Assembly: GCA_963667725.2 (NCBI GenBank) | Contig: CAXXHO010000003.1 | Location: forward strand, 1,216,001 to 1,280,000 | From: Treponemataceae bacterium | Lineage (GTDB): Bacteria > Spirochaetota > Spirochaetia > Treponematales > Rectinemataceae | DNA: 64,000 nucleotides | Direction: 5' to 3' | Shown: positions 57,905-64,000 of the stretch, piece by piece | How positions within the stretch are numbered: the first letter of the stretch is position 1 | Layout of the letters: every line of letters begins with the position of its first letter | Notes under the pieces: model-generated | What the model was told of the DNA's origin: nothing | Database searches by the model: none | What the model saw: only the letters and a program-made list of their open reading frames with translations | Made by a program: the position numbers and the translations under genes

Positions 57905-58818
57905 GGTTTAGGGGGCTCCTTCGGCGCGGGCATAAGATGGTTCAGCAATTCCATGGGCAAGGGGAAGATGATCGTGGAGTTTTTCTCGACGGCGATCTCC
58001 GAGAGCGTCTGGAGATAGCGAAGCTGCATGGAAGTAGGCGCCGCGGCCATCACGGTAGCAGCCTGGGAAAGTTTTTCGCTCGCCTGAAGTTCGCCTTCGG
58101 CGGCGATGATCTTGGCCCGGCGCTCTCGTTCGGCCTCTGCCTGGCGCGCCATGGCCCGCTTCATCGTCTCGGCGAGTTCCACCGCCTTTATCTCGACGGC
58201 CGTCACCTTGATTCCCCATGGATCGGTGGCTTCATCTAAAAGCTGCTTGAGCAGCTGCCCCAGTTCAGCCCGCTTCGCGAGCATTTCGTCGAGCTCGTGC
58301 TGGCCAAGTACTGACCTGAGTATGGTTTGGGAAAGAAGGCTCGTGCTCTTCGTGTAGTCCGCCACCTTGTTCACCGCGAGCGTGGGATCGAAAACATTAA
58401 AGTAGACTACGGCATCGACGAGGACGGGCACGTTGTCGCGCGTGATCACTTCCTGTTTGGGCACATCGATGGTGAATGTCCGCATGTCGACCTTGCGCAT
58501 GATATCCAGTCCAAAAGGAAGCACGAGGTTGAAGCCGGGGCCGACGACGGCCATCATGCGCCCCAATCTGAAAAGCACGCCCCGCTGATATTCGTTGATT
58601 ATTCTCATCATGGGGATCATGACGAGCACAGGCACCGTGAAGAGGACTAAGGCTATAGGATCGCCCCAATAGCCGAGAGTCAATGTCGCGGCTGCCCAGA
58701 CGAGCCCAAAAGCCAGGAGGAAGAAGAAGACCGGCAGCTGCTTGCGGGAGAGCGAGATGAAGGCAAAACCGGCCCACCAAAGGCATACGAAGATGAAAGC
58801 GGCAAGGAACAGGGTCAT
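57901..58818 (-). CDS. Stomatin/slipin (SPFH) family protein
   Basis: EYQRGVLFRLG, QEVITRDNV, WGIKV, ARQAEAERERRAKII.AEGE, LRYLQTL. Confidence 0.92.
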   Translation of the reverse strand: MTLFLAAFIFVCLWWAGFAFISLSRKQLPVFFFLLAFGLVWAAATLTLGYWGDPIALVLFTVPVLVMIPMMRIINEYQRGVLFRLGRMMAVVGPGFNLVLPFGLDIMRKVDMRTFTIDVPKQEVITRDNVPVLVDAVVYFNVFDPTLAVNKVADYTKSTSLLSQTILRSVLGQHELDEMLAKRAELGQLLKQLLDEATDPWGIKVTAVEIKAVELAETMKRAMARQAEAERERRAKIIAAEGELQASEKLSQAATVMAAAPTSMQLRYLQTLSEIAVEKNSTIIFPLPMELLNHLMPAPKEPPKP

Positions 58819-58905
58819 GGAGCGCCTCCCTTTGCTGAAAATATATCCAAATCGGAGGTTGCTGTCACCGCGGGAATTGCGTATTTTTAAAGTGTGGAGG
58901 GAAAA

Positions 58906-59259
58906 ATGACGTTTTCCGATAAAATGAAGGATTTTTTTGAAAAGAGTTTCGACTCATCGAAGGATTTCTTGAACAAGGCCGGCTCGCAGGCGCAGGTCTG
59001 GGGCGAAAAGGGCAAGCTGAGGCTCGAGATTCTTCAGCTTCGCGCCAAGGCCCAATCCCTCACTGCCAAGCTGGGCGCTGGGGTATACGAGCTCCTCGTG
59101 GAAAAGGGAGAACCGATGATCGGGACCTATTCCGAGGGCATCGCTCCAATCATTGAACAGCTCAAGAACGTCGAGCGGGAGATAGCGGAGAAGGAATCGG
59201 CCTTCAAGCTCGCCGGCGGCCAGGACGCTGATCTCGACGGAGACGGAAACCCGGGCTGA
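58906..59259 (+). CDS. Hypothetical coiled-coil protein
   Basis: RBS GGAGG; amphipathic helical sequence; ends in DADLDGDG. Confidence 0.65.
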   Translation: MTFSDKMKDFFEKSFDSSKDFLNKAGSQAQVWGEKGKLRLEILQLRAKAQSLTAKLGAGVYELLVEKGEPMIGTYSEGIAPIIEQLKNVEREIAEKESAFKLAGGQDADLDGDGNPG

Positions 59260-59340
59260 TTCGGCATTTGAATCCGCGGAATTGACGCTGTCTCGATTCA
59301 TTGCTAGAGTGCCCTCGCATACAATTCGCGGGGGCATATT

Positions 59341-60003
59341 TTGACGCTAACATCCATTCAAGCCGTTATTTTCGACCTGGACGGCACGCTTGCCGACACG
59401 ATCGGCGATTTGGGCCGAGCGGTGAACTCCGTGCTCTCAGCCCACGGTTTCCCCGAACATTCTATACCTACGCTCAAGAATATGGTCGGCAACGGTTTCT
59501 CCGCGCTGATGAGGCGCGCCCTGCCCCAGGACATCGTCGAGAATGAGGCGCTCTTCCGCAGCCTCCTGGACGAGGCATCCTCTGCCTATTCCCGCATGGC
59601 CCTCGACACGACGAAACCCTATCCTGGAATCGTGGAGCTGCTTGCCTCCCTGCGCGAAAGAAAAATCGCCTGCGCCGTCCTTTCCAACAAACCCGACGCG
59701 ATGACCAGAGCGATGGTTTCTGCCTTATTCCCCGATATTCCCTTCATCGCCGTGATGGGCGACAGGCCTGGCCAGCCGCGAAAGCCGGATCCTTCCAGCG
59801 CCCTCGCCATAGCCGCGCTTTCCGGGATTTTCCCTTCCAAGTGGGCGTTCGTAGGCGATTCAGGCGTGGATATGAGAACGGGAGAGGCCTCCGGCATGCT
59901 CCCTTTGGGCGTGTCCTGGGGCTTCCGCGGCATCGAGGAGCTACTGGAGAACGGCGCGGCGGGAATTTTGGTAAAGCCGTACGACTTCCTGCATTACCTC
60001 TAG
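59341..60003 (+). CDS. HAD-family phosphatase (Gph-like)
   Basis: FDLDGTL, LSNK, RKPDP, VGDSGVD. Confidence 0.88.
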   Translation: MTLTSIQAVIFDLDGTLADTIGDLGRAVNSVLSAHGFPEHSIPTLKNMVGNGFSALMRRALPQDIVENEALFRSLLDEASSAYSRMALDTTKPYPGIVELLASLRERKIACAVLSNKPDAMTRAMVSALFPDIPFIAVMGDRPGQPRKPDPSSALAIAALSGIFPSKWAFVGDSGVDMRTGEASGMLPLGVSWGFRGIEELLENGAAGILVKPYDFLHYL

Positions 60004-60149
60004 AGCCGTGACGCAGTTCTTCCCGTATTCCTACAAGAAATAGACGCCCCGCTGGTCGCGGCAGCCATATTGATTGCGCAAAACGCCTGAATTATTTATA
60101 CTCGCCGTAGGCTAGCCGAAGAGCCTTGTGAAGGTATGGAGGAGCGCTT

Positions 60150-61895
60150 ATGGAAAAATCAGTCCTGCTCGAGAGAGCCAGAGAATATGCAGCCCAAGAA
60201 AAAGACGTCCAGTTTGCCTCCGAAGTGAAGGATCTCCTTCTTAGGAACGACGATAAGGAGCTGGAGGACAGATTCTACCGGGATCTGGAATTCGGAACCG
60301 GCGGGCTCAGGGGCATCATTGGCGGCGGCTCCAACCGCATGAACACCCTCGTGGTGACGAGAGCAACGCAAGGACTCTGCGATTACCTTAAAGGCCAATT
60401 CCCCGCAAAGGCGCTCTCAGCCTGCGTAGCATACGATTCCAGGCGCCGCTCTGCGGATTTCGCCCTGGCCACCGCCCTCGTTTTTGCCGCCAACGGCATC
60501 AAAGCCTATCTTTTCCCTTCGCTGAGACCTACCCCGGAGCTCTCCTTCGCCATTCGCCAACTGGGCGCCGATACGGGCGTCGTCGTAACGGCGAGTCATA
60601 ATCCTCCGCAATATAACGGTTATAAAGCATATTGGAACGATGGTTCCCAGGTCGTTCCTCCTCACGATGTCGGCATCATCGAAAAAGTCCAGGCGGTCAA
60701 GAAAGTCGAGACCATGGACAAGGGCGAAGCCCTCGAAAAAGGCCTTCTCGTCATTCTGGATTCCAGGATCGACGACGCCTATGTAGCCATGGTGAAATCC
60801 AAGCTGCTCCGTCCCGCCCTCATCAAGAAGGAAGCCTCTTCGGTCAAGGTAGTCTATACGCCTCTCCACGGCACGGGCGCCATGCTCTTCGAGCGGATAA
60901 TGGGCGAATTGGGGCTCAATATCCTTACGGTACCTGAGCAGCGGCAGCCAGACGGGGAGTTTCCGACGGTTTCCTTTCCCAATCCTGAGGAACCTGCCGC
61001 GCTCAAGATGGCCATCGATCTGGGAATAAAAGAAAAGGCCGATGTCGTCATGGCGACCGACCCTGACGCGGACAGGCTGGGCATTGCCGTACCGGACAAA
61101 AGCGGAAAATTCGTCCTTGTCACAGGCAATCAGCTCGGCGCCCTCCACCTCGATTATCTCCTTTTCTCGCTTGCCGAACTCGGGAAAATGCCACCCCGCC
61201 CCGCCTGCGTCAAAAGCATCGTGACGACAAATTTCCAGACGGCCATAGCGGCCAAATACAACGTCGAGTGCCGCGAATGCCTGACCGGCTTCAAGTGGAT
61301 AGCTGAGATCATGCGCAAGTTCGAGGCCGAAGGCAAGGATTTTATATACGGCACCGAGGAAAGCTACGGCCACCTCATCGAGATGGAAGTCCGCGACAAG
61401 GATGGCATCTCGGCCGCCGCGCTCACCGCCGAAATGACGCTCTACTGGCGCTCGAAAGGGAAAAGCCTTCTCGACAGGCTGGACGAACTCTACGCCGAAT
61501 TCGGCTACTACGAGGAAAAAGGCATAAGCAAGTATTTTCAGGGTCCCACGGGCATGGGAACGATGACGGGGATAATGAATGACTACAGACATAGGCAGCC
61601 TATCGCCCTCGGAGGGATTCCCGTCGTGAGCATTCGCGACATCCAGACCGGGAAGGAGTGGGATGTCGGATCGACCGCGTATCGCGCGATAGACCTGCCC
61701 GAAAGCGATGTCCTTCAGTGGCGCCTACGAGACGGGACCTTCGTGACGGTAAGGCCTTCCGGCACAGAGCCCAAGATCAAATATTACATTCTCTGCCGGA
61801 CCGATGCCGATGCTATCGGAATCGAGGCGGCGCGACTTCAGACAAAAGACAAAATCTCGGCCATCGAAGCTGATATCCGTAAGGTCATAGGCTGA
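60150..61895 (+). CDS. pgm: Phosphoglucomutase/phosphomannomutase
   Basis: FGTGGLRG, TASHNP (phospho-Ser), DPDADR, TEESYG, RPSGTEPKIK. Confidence 0.92.
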   Translation: MEKSVLLERAREYAAQEKDVQFASEVKDLLLRNDDKELEDRFYRDLEFGTGGLRGIIGGGSNRMNTLVVTRATQGLCDYLKGQFPAKALSACVAYDSRRRSADFALATALVFAANGIKAYLFPSLRPTPELSFAIRQLGADTGVVVTASHNPPQYNGYKAYWNDGSQVVPPHDVGIIEKVQAVKKVETMDKGEALEKGLLVILDSRIDDAYVAMVKSKLLRPALIKKEASSVKVVYTPLHGTGAMLFERIMGELGLNILTVPEQRQPDGEFPTVSFPNPEEPAALKMAIDLGIKEKADVVMATDPDADRLGIAVPDKSGKFVLVTGNQLGALHLDYLLFSLAELGKMPPRPACVKSIVTTNFQTAIAAKYNVECRECLTGFKWIAEIMRKFEAEGKDFIYGTEESYGHLIEMEVRDKDGISAAALTAEMTLYWRSKGKSLLDRLDELYAEFGYYEEKGISKYFQGPTGMGTMTGIMNDYRHRQPIALGGIPVVSIRDIQTGKEWDVGSTAYRAIDLPESDVLQWRLRDGTFVTVRPSGTEPKIKYYILCRTDADAIGIEAARLQTKDKISAIEADIRKVIG

Positions 61896-62605
61896 TGGCG
61901 TTGAATTCCAATTTTCCCGGAGGCGCTCCCCTTTGGTCCCGATATGTTCATCCATCATCGCAGCAGGATATAAGACCGGCGCCCAGAGGATGGATACAGC
62001 CTGATGGTGCCCAACGCCTGCCTCCCCCCGAAGGCGCTCCCGACGATTGTCCTCTGCCCTGTGACTGGGACAAGCGAGGCTATGCCGCCCTCGATGTCGA
62101 GACGACAGGCCTCGACGCCTTCCAGGACCGAGTCATAGAAATCGGCATCGTCCTTTTTTCCTTCGATGCCGAAGGAGCCCTCATCGAAGAGAAAACCTGG
62201 GAAAGCCTTATAAATCCGGGCATCGCCATTCCGGCATCGTCGACGGCCATACATGGCATAACCGACCTGGATGTGTGGGCCTCGCCAACCTTCAAGGATC
62301 TTTCCGATAGAGTGAATGGCTTTTTGGAAGGACGCGTCATGGTAGCCCACAACGCGCCTTTCGACGCGGGATTCATTTCCGAGGAATTTTCGCGCCTCGG
62401 AAAGATTTCGCCGATACGCGAAATGGCAGACAGTCTTGTCCTACTGAGGCAGGCAGTCCCTAACTTGATTTCCTACAGCCTGGGCAAGGCAGCTTTCGTC
62501 CTCGGCGTAGAAACGGGGACGTCTCACAGGGCTCTCGATGACGCCAGAACATGCATGAAACTTTTCACCCATAGCGCGCGCAAACTCGCGGGATTATGCG
62601 CTTGA
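61895..62605 (+). CDS. DEDDh 3'-5' exonuclease (DnaQ-like)
   Basis: LDVETTGL, AHNAPFD, HRALDDA. Confidence 0.88.
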   Translation: MALNSNFPGGAPLWSRYVHPSSQQDIRPAPRGWIQPDGAQRLPPPEGAPDDCPLPCDWDKRGYAALDVETTGLDAFQDRVIEIGIVLFSFDAEGALIEEKTWESLINPGIAIPASSTAIHGITDLDVWASPTFKDLSDRVNGFLEGRVMVAHNAPFDAGFISEEFSRLGKISPIREMADSLVLLRQAVPNLISYSLGKAAFVLGVETGTSHRALDDARTCMKLFTHSARKLAGLCA

Positions 62606-62618
62606 GGACCTCATCGCG

Positions 62619-63641
62619 ATGAATTCATCCAAAGACCCGCGTTCCTTCCGCCTCATGCTGCTTGTCCTGATTCCCTGCCTCGCTCTGGGATGCGTCCTAT
62701 TGATGAAACCCTCAGCCTCAAGCCTCGCCGATAGGATATCCTCCCAGGACAACGATCCTGTTTCCCTGAATTCATTGAGAGATTCGGAAATACTATCGAT
62801 GCTCTCTGCCCAGGAAATCGGTTCTATGGAACCCGGGCAGGTGAAAGAGCTGGGCTCCCTATTGACCGCGAGGGCGCTAAAAAAGAAAAGAGATCCCGCG
62901 GAGTACCTGTCTTCGGCCTTTCCGAGCGCCTCCGAAACATTGGCCATGCTTGCGAGAGACAGGGATGTGGATGATTACCTGGAAAACGCGGCGGATAAAG
63001 GTCCGGCCGGCGCCTATTATCAATCTGTCGTCGATCTGGTGCCCGCCTTCCAGCCGCTGCGCGGCAACTATGGAAAGCTTTTTGAGGGCGTTTACGAAAC
63101 CATGGAGGGAAAGGGCAAAGTCCGGATTCCGTCACAGGCCTATGCCGACGCGGGTCTCTATAAAAGCGGCGTCACCCTCCCCGGCCTGTCATCCAAACCC
63201 AGGGAAAGCGATTATGATTATTCCCACACCTTCGCTCTGGATATTTTCCTGAAGGATGTGGATTTGCTTCCCTTCAGCACGCTTCAAAAAGGACCTGTCA
63301 TCTTCTCGTTCACCGACGCCATCGTCGTCGCGACCGACTCGTCCTGGCACGGAGGCGAAGATCTGACCACCTATCGCTCCGGAGGGATCACCCCAAAGGC
63401 CGGCAACGGCGTCATCCTGTATTCCCCGAAAAAAAACAAGTATTATCTCTTTTTTCACCTCTTCGACGTACTCGTAAAGCCGGGCGAAGTCATCCCCGCT
63501 GGATATCCCCTGGGCCATGGGGGAAACACGGGCACCAACGCCAGAAAAAAGGGGCACGGGGAGCACCTTCATCTGGAGATTTATGATGTCGCCAGTTCCC
63601 GCTTCCTTCGCAACTATGAAATCGCGGACATTGTCTTCTGA
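62619..63641 (+). CDS. M23 family metallopeptidase, membrane-anchored
   Basis: HTFALD (HxxxD), FFHL, GNTG, HLHLE (HxH). Confidence 0.8.
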   Translation: MNSSKDPRSFRLMLLVLIPCLALGCVLLMKPSASSLADRISSQDNDPVSLNSLRDSEILSMLSAQEIGSMEPGQVKELGSLLTARALKKKRDPAEYLSSAFPSASETLAMLARDRDVDDYLENAADKGPAGAYYQSVVDLVPAFQPLRGNYGKLFEGVYETMEGKGKVRIPSQAYADAGLYKSGVTLPGLSSKPRESDYDYSHTFALDIFLKDVDLLPFSTLQKGPVIFSFTDAIVVATDSSWHGGEDLTTYRSGGITPKAGNGVILYSPKKNKYYLFFHLFDVLVKPGEVIPAGYPLGHGGNTGTNARKKGHGEHLHLEIYDVASSRFLRNYEIADIVF

Positions 63642-63665
63642 ATTTTCTTTCGATAGAATGCTTCA

Positions 63666-64000
63666 ATGAGCGAAAACACGATAGACGACCTCATCCTCGC
63701 CGCGGACATAGGCGGTACCAATACCAATCTCGCGCTCGTACGCCATGCTCAAGGCAATTTCACCATCGTTCTATCACGTCGATATTCGACGCAAGCAGAA
63801 ACTTCCCTGATCGATCCCATGGCCCGCTTTCTCGATCTGGCCCGAAGCGAAGGACTAGGCGGCCATGTCAAAGTCTGTTGCATATCGGCGGCCGGGCCGG
63901 TGAAAGATGGCGCGATACAGCTTACCAATGCCCCCTGGGCGATTCGCGCTTCCGAAATCAACGAGCGTTTTGGCTTCTCCGTTCACCTTATAAACGATTT
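63666..64000 (+). CDS. glk: Glucokinase (partial, runs off the window)
   Basis: LAADIGGTNTNLA, AAGPV, LTNAPW, LIND. Confidence 0.85.
   Translation, partial: MSENTIDDLILAADIGGTNTNLALVRHAQGNFTIVLSRRYSTQAETSLIDPMARFLDLARSEGLGGHVKVCCISAAGPVKDGAIQLTNAPWAIRASEINERFGFSVHLIND

Noticed and set aside
57428..58818. Functional link between slipin and nrdR from their ATGA overlap
   Set aside because: Such overlaps are common throughout this compact genome and nothing else supports a link.

Overview
A GC-rich bacterial chromosomal segment, most likely from an anaerobic spirochaete (Spirochaetia). This is inferred from the His-Arg(TCG)-Lys-Leu-Gly tRNA cluster before tig-clpP-clpX, the RelA/SpoT-TPR fusion and the spirochaete-type SurA/PPIase. 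Most of it is housekeeping: thiBPQ under a TPP riboswitch, aroK, uvrB, htrA, lepA, iscS-thiI, nrdJ with NrdR boxes, nrdR, rnhA, an EF-G paralogue, pgm and glk. There are 8 tRNA genes and no CRISPR array, integrase or transposase. The first gene contains a 495-nt poly-C run, probably an assembly artefact. The most interesting loci are: (1) a small islet at the 3' end of tRNA-Glu, where a Crp/Fnr regulator is flanked by two TGTnCG-N4-CGCACA palindromes, each at class-II distance from a -10 box and driving csbD/LapA-like and unannotated microprotein genes; (2) a trkA-trkA-[46-aa membrane microprotein]-trkH-[exported OB-fold]-kdpD-kdpE potassium operon with phased direct repeats upstream; (3) arginine deiminase transcribed divergently from a COG2403 (arginine-synthetase-like) gene, with an ARG box between them; (4) tatA-tatC-tatB converging on a Tat-exported flavoprotein and a separate tetraheme cytochrome c; (5) a photolyase-glutaredoxin-FTR-iscS-thiI operon. 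All calls come from reading motifs by eye; no database search was run.
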